Assembly (NCBI GenBank): GCA_963762255.1
Contig: CAVXKA010000002.1
Span: 912,628 to 976,627 of the forward strand
Source: Candidatus Eiseniibacteriota bacterium
GTDB taxonomy: Bacteria > Eisenbacteria > RBG-16-71-46 > JABDJR01
Length of the DNA: 64,000 nucleotides
Reading direction: 5' to 3'
The position numbers were made by a program, and so were the translations under genes. Of the stretch, positions 17,840 through 26,877 are shown piece by piece (position 1 is the stretch's first letter; each line of letters begins with the position of its first letter). The notes below the pieces were generated by a model. It ran no database searches. It had not been told where the DNA came from and saw nothing but the letters and a program-made list of their open reading frames with translations.

Positions 17840-19975
17840 TCAGGGCCGGATATCGAGCCTGATACGGGCGTCGACCGCCACGCATCCCTTGCCAACTGAT
17901 AGCACCTTTACAGGGTTCAGGTCCATCTCCGCGATCTCGGGATGATTCCCCACCAGAACGGACACACGCAGGATCGCTTCCTCCAGGGCCGGGACATCGG
18001 CCGGAGGCGCGCCGCGATAGCCGTTGAGGAGTGCATACCCCCGAACCCCCCGAACCATTTCGTCGGCGTCGCGGTCGGTGAGCGGGTGGATGCGGAAGGT
18101 CACGTCCTTCATCACTTCGACCTGCACCCCGCCGAGGCCGAACGCCACGAGCGGGCCGAACTTGGGATCCTGGGTCACGCCGACCAGAACCTCGACCCCT
18201 TCCTTCACCAGGGGCTGCACGGTGAAGCCGTGCGCCGCGCCCTCCAGGCCGCGGGTGCGCAGCGCGGCGCAGATCTCGTTCACCGCGCTCTCGACCTCCG
18301 CTTCCGTGCGCAGGTCGAGCCGCACACCGCCCACGTCGCTCTTGTGCGAGATGGAATCGGAGTGGAGCTTCACGACCACGGGGAAACCGAGGGAGCGCGC
18401 GGCGGCCGCCGCCTCCTTGGGGGTCGCGGCGAAGAGCACGGGCGGGGTGCGGATGCCGTACGCGGCCAGGACGCGGTCGACTTCGTCGGCGTTGAGCCAG
18501 CCGCCTTCATCGCCCATGCGCTCGCGCGCGGCCGCAAACACCGCGGCGGCGTCCGCCGCGCGCACGTCGTCAAAGGCGATCTCGCGACCGGGGGCCTTCG
18601 CCATCCACTGGCCGTGGCGCACCGCGCGCCCGAGCACGCGCACCGCGCTCTCGGGAAACGCATACGAGGGGATGTTTCCCTCCTTGAGCGAGCGCAGTCC
18701 TTCCGGCACGCCGTGCTTGCCGAGGAAGCAGGTGAGCACCGGCTTCTCGGTGCCTTCGGAGCCGTTCACGATCCCCCGCGCCACCTCGCGGGGCTCCGTC
18801 ACGATCGGCGGCACGAAGAGCGCGATCAAGGCGTCGATCTTCGGGTCCGCGAGCAGCGCCCGCGTGGCACGCTCGTAGTTCTGCGCGGTGGCCGAAGCGA
18901 TCATGTCCACCGGGTTGCGCACGCTCGCTTCCGGGGGAAGGAACTCGTGCAGGCGCGCCGTGGTGCTCTCGCTCAGGTCGGACACCTCCAGCCCGTGCGC
19001 CTCGCAGGCATCGGTCGCGAGGATCCCGGGACCGCCGGCGTTGGTCAGGATGGCCACGCGGCTCCCCTTCGGGATCGGCTGATACGCGAGGAACGCGGCC
19101 ATGTCGAAGAGTTCTTCCACGGTGTCGACGCGGATGATGCCGGTCTGCGCGAAGAGCGCGTCCACCGCCACGTCGGCGCCTGCCAGGGCGCCGGTGTGGC
19201 TCGTGGCCGCGGTCATGCCTCGGCGCGTGCGCCCGCTCTTTACGGCGACGATCGGCTTGCGCCGCGTGATCTCACGAGCGAGCCGCGTGAACTTGCGGGG
19301 GTTACCGAACGATTCCAGGTACAAGAGCATGACCTTGGTGCGCGGGTCGGCGTCCCACCACTGCACGAGGTCGTTGCTGGAAACGTCGGCCTTGTTCCCG
19401 ATGGAGACGAAGTCGCTGACCCCGATGTTGAAGCTGCGCGTGTAGTCGAGGATGGCCACCCCGAGCGCGCCGCTCTGGCTGGCGATGGCCACGTTGCCTT
19501 CCGGCGGATAGGTCGGGGCAAAGGTCGCGTCGAGGCGCACGTCGGGTGCGGTGCTGAGCACACCGAGGCAATTCGGCCCCACCAGGCGCATGCCGTGCGC
19601 GCGAACGATCTCCTTCAAGCGCGCTTCGCGGGCCGCGCCTTCTTCGTTGACTTCCTTGAACCCGGCCGAGATCACGACCACCCCGCGCACACCCTTCGCG
19701 GCGCAGGCTTCGACCATGGCGACGACGACCTTGGCCGGCACCACGACCACCGCGAGGTCGACCGGGCCCGGGATATCGGCGATGCTCGCGTAAGCCTTCA
19801 CCGACTGCACGAAGTCGGACTTGAGGTTGACCGGGTACACCGGCCCCTGGAAACCGTTCAAGAGCAGGTTGCGGAAGATCTCGCCGCCGATCGACCCGCG
19901 CTCGGTGGAAGCGCCGATCACCGCCACCGATCGCGGGCGCAAGAGACCCGAGAGATCCACGGCGCTCCCGCTCAC
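17840..19975 (-). CDS. Acetyl-CoA synthetase (ADP-forming) / NDP-forming acyl-CoA synthetase, fused alpha-beta
   Basis: About 711 aa from the GTG at 19975 (overlapping the usp stop). CoA-binding domain (SVAVIGASTERGSIGGEIFRNLL), succinyl-CoA-synthetase-like His region and C-terminal ATP-grasp. The upstream 197 aa of the track ORF are junk. Confidence 0.75.
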   Translation of the reverse strand: MSGSAVDLSGLLRPRSVAVIGASTERGSIGGEIFRNLLLNGFQGPVYPVNLKSDFVQSVKAYASIADIPGPVDLAVVVVPAKVVVAMVEACAAKGVRGVVVISAGFKEVNEEGAAREARLKEIVRAHGMRLVGPNCLGVLSTAPDVRLDATFAPTYPPEGNVAIASQSGALGVAILDYTRSFNIGVSDFVSIGNKADVSSNDLVQWWDADPRTKVMLLYLESFGNPRKFTRLAREITRRKPIVAVKSGRTRRGMTAATSHTGALAGADVAVDALFAQTGIIRVDTVEELFDMAAFLAYQPIPKGSRVAILTNAGGPGILATDACEAHGLEVSDLSESTTARLHEFLPPEASVRNPVDMIASATAQNYERATRALLADPKIDALIALFVPPIVTEPREVARGIVNGSEGTEKPVLTCFLGKHGVPEGLRSLKEGNIPSYAFPESAVRVLGRAVRHGQWMAKAPGREIAFDDVRAADAAAVFAAARERMGDEGGWLNADEVDRVLAAYGIRTPPVLFAATPKEAAAAARSLGFPVVVKLHSDSISHKSDVGGVRLDLRTEAEVESAVNEICAALRTRGLEGAAHGFTVQPLVKEGVEVLVGVTQDPKFGPLVAFGLGGVQVEVMKDVTFRIHPLTDRDADEMVRGVRGYALLNGYRGAPPADVPALEEAILRVSVLVGNHPEIAEMDLNPVKVLSVGKGCVAVDARIRLDIRP

Positions 19976-20436
19976 GGGTTCTCCATCTCGCCGTCTGGTC
20001 GATGCACGACGAGAACCGGACAGGGCGAGGTCCGCACGACCTTCTCGGTCACGCTTCCCAGCAGCATATGTTTGAGGCCGGTACGGCCATGAGTGCCCAT
20101 GACGATCAAGTCGGTCTTCTCCTCTTCCGCAAGGCGAACGATCCCCGCGAAGGGCGCGCCGTGCAGGACGCGCGTGTCGAGCCGCACGCCCTCGGGCAAC
20201 GCCTTCGGCACGAACGCCTCCATCTCCCGAGCCGCCTCTGCGGACAGTCGCTGGGTCAGCTCGGGGGGCGGCACCGCGATCCCCACGTAGCCGTAGGTAA
20301 GCGGGATGTCGTCCACCACGTGGCAGACCAGGAGCGTGCCGCCGGGCGAAACGAGGTCGAGAGCGTAGTCGAGGGTGGCCCGCGAGGTCTCGGAGAAATC
20401 GATAGGAGCGAGCACTTTCGTGAACTGCTTGGCCAT
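19972..20436 (-). CDS. Universal stress protein (UspA family)
   Basis: 154 aa. ...ILAPIDFSETS...LLVCHVVD...DLIVMGTHGRTGLKHMLLGSVTEKVVRTSPCPVLVV. Confidence 0.8.
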   Translation of the reverse strand: MAKQFTKVLAPIDFSETSRATLDYALDLVSPGGTLLVCHVVDDIPLTYGYVGIAVPPPELTQRLSAEAAREMEAFVPKALPEGVRLDTRVLHGAPFAGIVRLAEEEKTDLIVMGTHGRTGLKHMLLGSVTEKVVRTSPCPVLVVHRPDGEMENP

Positions 20437-20589
20437 GCTCCACCTTCCTCTCCGCCCCGGATCCGTGCGGCGCGCGCGGCCTCCGGATCTGTTCGAGGCG
20501 CGCGGCCATCGCGTCCGCGCCCGGGGCTGTTGCTATCAGTATAGCCCGCGCCGCTTGCGCCGGCACCGCGCATTCCCCACACTCTGGCC

Positions 20590-21724
20590 ATGGTCCGGCA
20601 ACGTCCGCTTCGCATCCCCGATCCCCCCGGCGTCCCCCGGCTGCGCGCCGCGCTCAACGCGTGGTACCGCCGGCATCGCCGCGCGTTGCCGTGGCGCGAC
20701 GTGGACGATCCGTATCGCGTGCTCGTCTCCGAGTTCATGCTGCAGCAAACCCAGGTCGCCACCGTGCTCCCCTACTTCGACGCGTTCTTGCGGCGCTTCC
20801 CCGACCCTGCGCGCGCTCGCCCAGGCTCCGGAGATCACCGTCCGCGCGGCGTGGTCCGGCCTGGGCTACTACCGCCGCGCGCGGAACCTCCAGGCCACGG
20901 CGCGGGTGGTGGTGCGCGATCACGGCGGCGCGCTACCGGGTTCCTACGAAGCGCTGCGCGCCTTGCCCGGCGTGGGCGACTACACGGCCGCGGCGTTGGG
21001 GAGTCTGGTGCACGGGTTGCCGCGCGCTGTCGTGGACGGGAACGTGATCCGCGTGCTGACACGGCTGGTCGCGTACCGAGAGGTCGTCTCGCGCGCGCCG
21101 GCGCGGCGAGCGTTGCAGGAGCTGGCCGATGCGCTGCTCGATCCCCGACGACCGGGCGACTGGAACCAGGCGATGATGGAGTTGGGGGCGACGGTGTGCC
21201 TCCCTCGCAATCCGCGATGCACGGCGTGCCCCTGGCGGAGCGCATGCCGGGCTTGCGCCGCCGGCGAGCCGGAGCGATACCCCCTGAAGGACGCGGCGCG
21301 AGCGAGCGTGAACGTGACGCGGGCGGTCGCGGTGCTTCGTCGCGGTGGCGCGGTCTATCTCGTCCGCCGGTCGGATCCCCGATTGCTTGACGGCACCTGG
21401 GAACTTCCCGGCCTGGACGTCTCCGGCAGCGGCGATCCACGAGACGCGTTGGCCGAGCATCTGGAGACAATCCTGGGGCGGCGCGAGCGCGCAGGGCTGA
21501 AGGCGGCGCGCGTGGGCGCGGAGCTTGCGCGCGTGAAGCACACGATCACGCATCGGCGGTTAACGGTGAGCGCCTACGCGGTACAAACGCAGCCGCTTCC
21601 TCGCGCGCGCAAGGACAGGGCGGCATGGGTCGCGTTGGATGATGCGACCGACTACCCGATGTCCTCGATGACGGCCAAGCTCCTCAAGGAGCTTGCGAAG
21701 CTTCCCCCGCCATCAAGGCCCTGA
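20590..21724 (+). pseudogene. mutY: A/G-specific adenine glycosylase MutY, interrupted by a +1 frameshift at about 20799-20803 (true pseudogene or homopolymer assembly error)
   Basis: The N-terminus (ALNAWYRRHRRALPWRDVDDPYRVLVSEFMLQQTQVATVLPYFDAFLRRFP) is in the frame of ORF 20590..21390. The remainder (TLRALAQAPEITVRAAWSGLGYYRRARNL...GVGDYTAAA...C-terminal NUDIX-like domain) is in the frame of ORF 20375..21724. Deleting one C from the CCCC run restores ...RRFPTLRALAQ.... Confidence 0.7.
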
Positions 21725-22256
21725 TCTCCTCGCCGCTCCAGGGCTTGGCGCGCCCCGAAGTCTCCGCGCGCACGCGCGCCACATCGGCGGCCGTCACAGG
21801 CGTGCCCACGTTCCCCCACGATGCGCGCAGGTAGCTCAGGATCGCTGCGAGCTTCTCGTCGGGGAGCTGCCCGCCTTGCGGCGGCATCTTGTTCATGAAG
21901 CGCACGCCGTCGACGGTGATCTCGCCTTCGAGGCCGTGGAGCACGATGCGGATCGCCACGGTCGGATCCGCGTTCACCCACGATCCGCCGCGCAAGGGCG
22001 GATAGAGCTCTCCCATCCCGCGCCCCTCGCGTCCGTGACACGGGGCACAGGTGAAGCGGTAGTACGAGCGCCCGTTCATATGAGCCGGATCGGCGTCGGC
22101 CGCGTCGGGCTCGGCCTGCTTCCCGCCTCCACCGCAGCCGGTTGTTCCCACGAGAACGGCAACGGCTAGTGCGCATATCCACGCCCGGCGGCCGAGGAAC
22201 AGGCTCAGCGCGGCGAGGCCGCGGTCGGTTCGAAGAGGAAGTCGCGTCCTGCGCAT
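21684..22256 (-). CDS. Cytochrome c family lipoprotein
   Basis: Signal/lipobox (LVGTTGCGGG) and heme-binding CAPCHG. Start taken at MRRTRLPL.... Confidence 0.6.
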   Translation of the reverse strand: MRRTRLPLRTDRGLAALSLFLGRRAWICALAVAVLVGTTGCGGGGKQAEPDAADADPAHMNGRSYYRFTCAPCHGREGRGMGELYPPLRGGSWVNADPTVAIRIVLHGLEGEITVDGVRFMNKMPPQGGQLPDEKLAAILSYLRASWGNVGTPVTAADVARVRAETSGRAKPWSGEEIRALMAGEASQAP

Positions 22257-22381
22257 GAAGGCATCATACACGGGTGACCGTTCGTTTTCCTCCGCGTCTC
22301 TCCGGGTGTAGGCTTGGGTCCTTATCAGCCCCCGGCGCGCGCCGGGTCGACGCAAACAATCGATCGCGGAGGACTGGAACG

Positions 22382-22783
22382 ATGATGAACCTCGACTACG
22401 CCTTCACCCGCAACTTTCCGGGGGTCACCCCCGAGGCCGCCCGCACCCGCATCGAGGCGTCGCTCAAGGAGGAGGGCTTCGGCATCCTCACCGAAATCGA
22501 CGTCAAGGCCACGCTGAAGAAGAAGCTCGACGTGGAGTTCCGCAAGTACTGGATCCTCGGCGCGTGCAACCCGAGAGTGGCGCACGAGGCGCTGACCATG
22601 GAGCCGGGAATCGGACTGCTCCTTCCGTGCAACGTCGTGGTGACAGAGGACGACGCGGGGAACGCGGTGGTCTCGATCATGGATCCGCACGCGATGGTGC
22701 GCGCGATCCCGAACAACGAGCACCTGAACCGACCCATGGAGCAGGTGCGCGAGATGTTGAAGCGAGCGTTGGAGAAGGCGTAG
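22382..22783 (+). CDS. DUF302 domain protein
   Basis: About 133 aa from MMNLDYAFT...GFGILTEIDVKATLKKKLDVEFRKYWILGACNP..., characteristic DUF302 sequence. Confidence 0.6.
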   Translation: MMNLDYAFTRNFPGVTPEAARTRIEASLKEEGFGILTEIDVKATLKKKLDVEFRKYWILGACNPRVAHEALTMEPGIGLLLPCNVVVTEDDAGNAVVSIMDPHAMVRAIPNNEHLNRPMEQVREMLKRALEKA

Positions 22784-22812
22784 CGCGCGCGCATCCATCT
22801 ACGCGTTTTTTT
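22778..22812 (+). terminator. Candidate intrinsic terminator after the DUF302 gene
   Basis: GC-rich hairpin (GCGTAG...CTACGC) followed by a T7 run. The loop is long (about 15 nt), so the structure is uncertain. Confidence 0.4.
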
Positions 22813-22832
22813 ACGAATCCATCACTTTTTTA

Positions 22833-22861
22833 TTGACGTATCTGTGGCGTCGCGATAGATT
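22833..22861 (+). promoter_or_regulatory. Candidate sigma70 promoter for the HNH endonuclease gene (TTGACG-N17-TAGATT)
   Basis: Located in an unusually AT-rich stretch about 55 nt upstream of the start at 22915. Confidence 0.35.
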
Positions 22862-22914
22862 CTCTGTGCCCGCCCACTTCCCCCGTCCTTCCACCCGTCC
22901 ACGGAGGGACCGCC

Positions 22915-24225
22915 ATGTCCGCTGAAACCACTGCACTTCACACTGACACCGCCGTGTTGCTTGAGGGGGCCGTGCTCACCCGGGTGAGCACCGGGGTCGT
23001 AGGTCGATCGCCGGCCTTGAGTCCGGCTAATTCCGCATCCGCGCGCCCACTTCCCGCCGCGGAGGTCGAAGCTCGTCTGGTCGCCGCGTTGGGGGACCTG
23101 GACGCCGCGCGGAAGAACGCGGTGATCTGGTTCGGAGAGATCCTCGCCCGCAAGCTCTACTTGGAGTTCGGGTGCTCGAGCATCCACCACTATGCGCGAG
23201 AGAGACTGGGGTTCTCTCGGGCGAGGACCGCGTACTTCCTGCGACTGTGTCGGTCCTTCGAAGCACTGCCGGCGTTGAAGGAGTCGATCGCTACCGGGAT
23301 GGTGCCGTGGACGAAGGCACGGGAGGTGGTGAAGGTGGCCACGCCGGAGACGGAGTCGTTCTGGGTCGAGCAGGCTCGGACCACCGGCCGGCGCGAGTTG
23401 GAGCAGCGGGTGGCGGCGACACAGGGGGCGGCGCGCTCCCGGCGGCGGGCACCAGGGCAAGGGGAACTGCTGGCGGCGAATGGCGTGGATGGCCCGGCGA
23501 ATGGGCGGGCGGCCGGAACCCATGATGCGGTGGACGGCGCAGCCGGCACGGTCGTGAGCCCGGTGACGGAAGTCCCGGTCACGGTATCGTTCCAACTTTC
23601 GCCGGAGCAGTACGCGCGGTATGAAGCGATCCTGGAGCAGGCGCGCAAGACCGGTGCGCGTGGATCTCGCGAAGAGTTGTTCCTCGCCGCGTGGGAAATG
23701 CTCACCCGGGGCAACTTCGGCAGTGCACCGCCCGCGCGGAGCGGGCGGAACCCGGACGTGATCACCCGGGGCAACATACCGGCGGCGAATGCGACTCCCG
23801 TGTCATCCGCGCCCCGCTACCAGATCGTCATTCGCCAGTGTGAGACCTGCGGCCGAGCTGAGATCGCGACGGGGCGGGGGGCGATGCCCATCGCGCCCAG
23901 GACGTTGGAGACCGCGCTCTGCGATGCGCGCGTGCATCGAAAGGGTCAACCCAACCGCGCGACCATCCCTCCGTCGGTGCGGCGCGAGGTGCTCGCACGT
24001 GACGGTCATCGCTGCCGGACGGCGGGATGCGGCGGTGTGCGGTTCCTGGACGTGCACCACATCGTGCCGCGCGAACACGGTGGCAGCAACGATCCTGACA
24101 ACCTCATCACCCTGTGTTGTGCCTGTCACCGGATGATCCACGAGCGCAGCAACGCGGTTGATGCGTGGCCGCTGCGGCGGGGTTCCGGGATCGATGCTCA
24201 CCCGGGTGGCACCTCCGCGGCGTAG
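22915..24225 (+). CDS. DUF222-HNH endonuclease domain protein
   Basis: 436 aa. C-terminal HNH motif ...RFLDVHHIVPREHGGSNDPDNLITLCCACHRMIHE. The N-terminal region resembles DUF222 (13E12-repeat-family-like) proteins. Confidence 0.7.
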   Translation: MSAETTALHTDTAVLLEGAVLTRVSTGVVGRSPALSPANSASARPLPAAEVEARLVAALGDLDAARKNAVIWFGEILARKLYLEFGCSSIHHYARERLGFSRARTAYFLRLCRSFEALPALKESIATGMVPWTKAREVVKVATPETESFWVEQARTTGRRELEQRVAATQGAARSRRRAPGQGELLAANGVDGPANGRAAGTHDAVDGAAGTVVSPVTEVPVTVSFQLSPEQYARYEAILEQARKTGARGSREELFLAAWEMLTRGNFGSAPPARSGRNPDVITRGNIPAANATPVSSAPRYQIVIRQCETCGRAEIATGRGAMPIAPRTLETALCDARVHRKGQPNRATIPPSVRREVLARDGHRCRTAGCGGVRFLDVHHIVPREHGGSNDPDNLITLCCACHRMIHERSNAVDAWPLRRGSGIDAHPGGTSAA

Positions 24226-24235
24226 CGTGGCGCCC

Positions 24236-24299
24236 GTCGACCGCAGTCCGACGGGCCGCGAAGCGGGGGACCCGTCGGCGAGGACGACGGGCGCACGCG
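24236..24299. repeat. Roughly 64-nt hairpin-containing repeat, copy 1 (inverted partner at 36405..36470), followed by palindrome GCGCTCACCCGGGTGAGCG at 24340-24358
   Basis: The reverse complement of 36405-36470 aligns at about 88% (e.g. GCAGTCCGA(C/A)GGGCCGCGAAGCGGGGG(A/C)CCC(G/T)TCGGCGAGGACGAC). It has an internal 8-bp stem CCGACGGG/CCCGTCGG. It lies in a convergent intergenic region. Confidence 0.6.
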
Positions 24300-24366
24300 A
24301 AGCCGCGGGCGTGGGCGAGCCGGGTGGGGGCCGCACCGGGCGCTCACCCGGGTGAGCGTGACGCCC

Positions 24367-25599
24367 CTACGTCCCCACCTTGAACATCTGCCGCGCCTTC
24401 TCCAGCGCGCGCACCAGCGCGTCCACTTCCTCGGGCGTGTTGTAGAGGTAGAACGACGCGCGCGTCGTCGCCGGCACGCCGAGCACGCGCATGAGCGGCT
24501 GCGCGCAGTGATGACCGGCCCGCACCGCCACCCCTTCGTTGTCGACGATGGTGGCCAGATCGTGCGGGTGGATGTCGCCCAGGCCGAATGAGATCGCCCC
24601 ACCCCGCTCGGTGCGCGGCCCGTAGATGCGCAACCCCGGAACCGCGCTCAACGCCTCCAGCGCGTACGCGGTGATCTCCTGCTCGTGACGCCGCACATTC
24701 TCCATCCCCAGCGCGGTCAGGTAGTCGACGGCCGCCGCCATCCCTACCGCACCGGCGATGTTGGGCGTGCCCGCTTCGAACTTGTGCGGCGCCTTCTTGT
24801 AGGTGGAGCGCTCGAGCCGCACCTCCAGAATCATCTCTCCTCCGCCGTGGAACGGGGTCATCGCGTCCAGCAGATCCGCCTTGGCGTAGAGCGCACCAAC
24901 GCCCGTCGGCGCGAGCATCTTGTGCCCGCTGAACGCGAAGAAGTCGACGTCCAGCGCCGCCACGTTCACCGGCATGTGCGGCGCCGACTGCGCGCCGTCC
25001 ACGAGCACCTTCGCGCCGACCGCGTGCGCGGCCTCCACAAGCCGCCGCACCGGGTTGATCGTCCCGAGCGCATTCGACATCTGGTTGAAGGCGACAAGCT
25101 TCGTCCGCCGGGTGAGCAACTCGTCCAGCTTGCTCAGGTCGAGCGTGTAGTCCTGAGTCAACGGGATGAACCGCAGGACGGCCCCGGTGTCTTGCGCGAC
25201 CATCTGCCACGGCACCAGGTTCGAGTGGTGCTCCATCACGGTGAGAAGGATCTCGTCGCCCGGCTTGAGCGTGCGCCGCGCCCACGCGTACGCGACGAGG
25301 TTGATGCTCTCGGTGGTGCCGCGCGTCCAGATCAGTTGATCCGGCGACGGCGCCCCGATGAACGCCGCCACGGTCGCACGCGCGTCCTCGAAAGCCTGGG
25401 TCGCACGCTCCGCCAGCGCGTACACCCCGCGGTGCACGTTGGCGTTGTCGTGCTCGTAGTAGGCGCGCACGCGGTCGAGCACCTGCCGAGGCTTCTGCGA
25501 GGTGGCCGCGTTGTCGAGGTAAACCAGGGGCTTGCCGTGCACGCTCTGGTGCAGGGCCGGGAAATCGGCGCGGATCGTGTTCACGTCGTACATGGGCAT
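24367..25599 (-). CDS. sufS: Cysteine desulfurase (SufS/Csd class-II aminotransferase)
   Basis: 410 aa from MPMYDVNTIRADFPALHQ...LDNAATSQKP...FSGHKMLAPTGVGALY...RAGHHCAQPL.... The upstream 310 aa of the track ORF are Gly/Glu/His-rich junk. Confidence 0.8.
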   Translation of the reverse strand: MPMYDVNTIRADFPALHQSVHGKPLVYLDNAATSQKPRQVLDRVRAYYEHDNANVHRGVYALAERATQAFEDARATVAAFIGAPSPDQLIWTRGTTESINLVAYAWARRTLKPGDEILLTVMEHHSNLVPWQMVAQDTGAVLRFIPLTQDYTLDLSKLDELLTRRTKLVAFNQMSNALGTINPVRRLVEAAHAVGAKVLVDGAQSAPHMPVNVAALDVDFFAFSGHKMLAPTGVGALYAKADLLDAMTPFHGGGEMILEVRLERSTYKKAPHKFEAGTPNIAGAVGMAAAVDYLTALGMENVRRHEQEITAYALEALSAVPGLRIYGPRTERGGAISFGLGDIHPHDLATIVDNEGVAVRAGHHCAQPLMRVLGVPATTRASFYLYNTPEEVDALVRALEKARQMFKVGT

Positions 25600-25647
25600 C
25601 GAGTATAGCGCTCGCCCGAAAGGCTCCCAACTCGCTATTCTCCCCCC

Positions 25648-26877
25648 ATGCCTCTCCACATCCGGCCGCACCCGCACGAGGATCGCCCGGACTTCACGCC
25701 GAGCGAACGCTCGGTGGTGGGCGGCCTCACCGCGCTCCTCACCCTGCGCATGCTGGGGTTCTACCTGGTGCTGCCGATCCTTGCTCCCTACGTGCGCGGG
25801 CTCGCGGGAAGCACCCCGCTCCTGGTTGGGATGTCGGTGGGCGTGTACGGCCTCGCCCAGGCCCTCCTCCAGGTTCCGTTCGGAGCATGGGGCGATCGAT
25901 GGGGCCGACGCCCCGTGCTCACGGTAGGGCTCCTTTCGTTCGCGCTGGGCTCGGTCGTGTGCGCGATCGCGCACGACGCGCGGCTCATGGTGCTCGGCCG
26001 TCTTGTGCAGGGGGTGGGCGCGATCTCCTCCACCCTGGTCGCCATGCTGGCCGATCATACGCGCGACCGGGTGCGCACACGCGCGATGGCCATGATCGGA
26101 GTGGCGGTGGGCGGCTCGTTCGCGGCCGGGCTTCTCTTCGGTCCCGCTGCCGCCGCGCGCTTCGGCATCCCCGCCCTCTTCTGGCTCACCGCCGTTCTCA
26201 GCGTCCTTGCCGTGGTGTGGTTGTGGTGGAAGATCCCCGACCCGCCGCTCTCGATCCATCACGAAGAGATCGAGTACTCGCGAGGCCATTTCCTCGAGGT
26301 CCTCCTCGACCGAAACCTCCTTCGCCTGGACCTCGGGGCGTTCAACCTCCACGTCGTGCTCACCGCGATCTTCGTCACCGTGCCGTTCCTGTTGCGGCAT
26401 CTCCTCGCCGAGCAGTATCAGTGGCGGTTCTTTCTCCCCGTCCTCGCCGTGGGCCTCGCCGCCCTGATTCTCGCCCCGCCCCTGAGCGAGAAGCGGGGGC
26501 GACCGAAGAAAGTCGCCGTCGCCGGGCAACTGGTGCTCGCGGCATCCCTAGTCGTGCTTGCGTTGGGGGTTCCGGCCAGCGTGCGGGAGCCGCGGGTCGG
26601 GCTCACCACGCTCATCGCGGGGCTCCTCCTCTTCGTGATCGCGTTCGCCGTCTTGGAGCCGCTCTTCCCCGCTCTCATCACGCGGTTCTGCCCATCCTCG
26701 ACGCGCGGCACCGCCCTCGGCGTATTCAACATGAGCATGTTCAGCGGGGCGTTCGTGGGGGGAATCGTCTCGGGACTCCTGATCGAGTCGAACGTCGAGG
26801 CGCTCTTCTGGATCCTCACCGGCACGACGTTGTCGTGGATCGCGCTCGGGTCGACGCTCAACGATCCGGAGAGGTAG
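25648..26877 (+). CDS. MFS transporter
   Basis: 409 aa, about 12 TM segments. MFS motif region ...FGAWGDRWGRRPVL.... Confidence 0.7.
   Translation: MPLHIRPHPHEDRPDFTPSERSVVGGLTALLTLRMLGFYLVLPILAPYVRGLAGSTPLLVGMSVGVYGLAQALLQVPFGAWGDRWGRRPVLTVGLLSFALGSVVCAIAHDARLMVLGRLVQGVGAISSTLVAMLADHTRDRVRTRAMAMIGVAVGGSFAAGLLFGPAAAARFGIPALFWLTAVLSVLAVVWLWWKIPDPPLSIHHEEIEYSRGHFLEVLLDRNLLRLDLGAFNLHVVLTAIFVTVPFLLRHLLAEQYQWRFFLPVLAVGLAALILAPPLSEKRGRPKKVAVAGQLVLAASLVVLALGVPASVREPRVGLTTLIAGLLLFVIAFAVLEPLFPALITRFCPSSTRGTALGVFNMSMFSGAFVGGIVSGLLIESNVEALFWILTGTTLSWIALGSTLNDPER

Noticed and set aside
20799-20803. Programmed ribosomal frameshifting as the explanation for the split genes (mutY, pit, M14).
   Set aside because: There is no slippery heptamer or downstream structure. 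Four independent events, all at short G/C homopolymers in unrelated genes, fit indel error much better.
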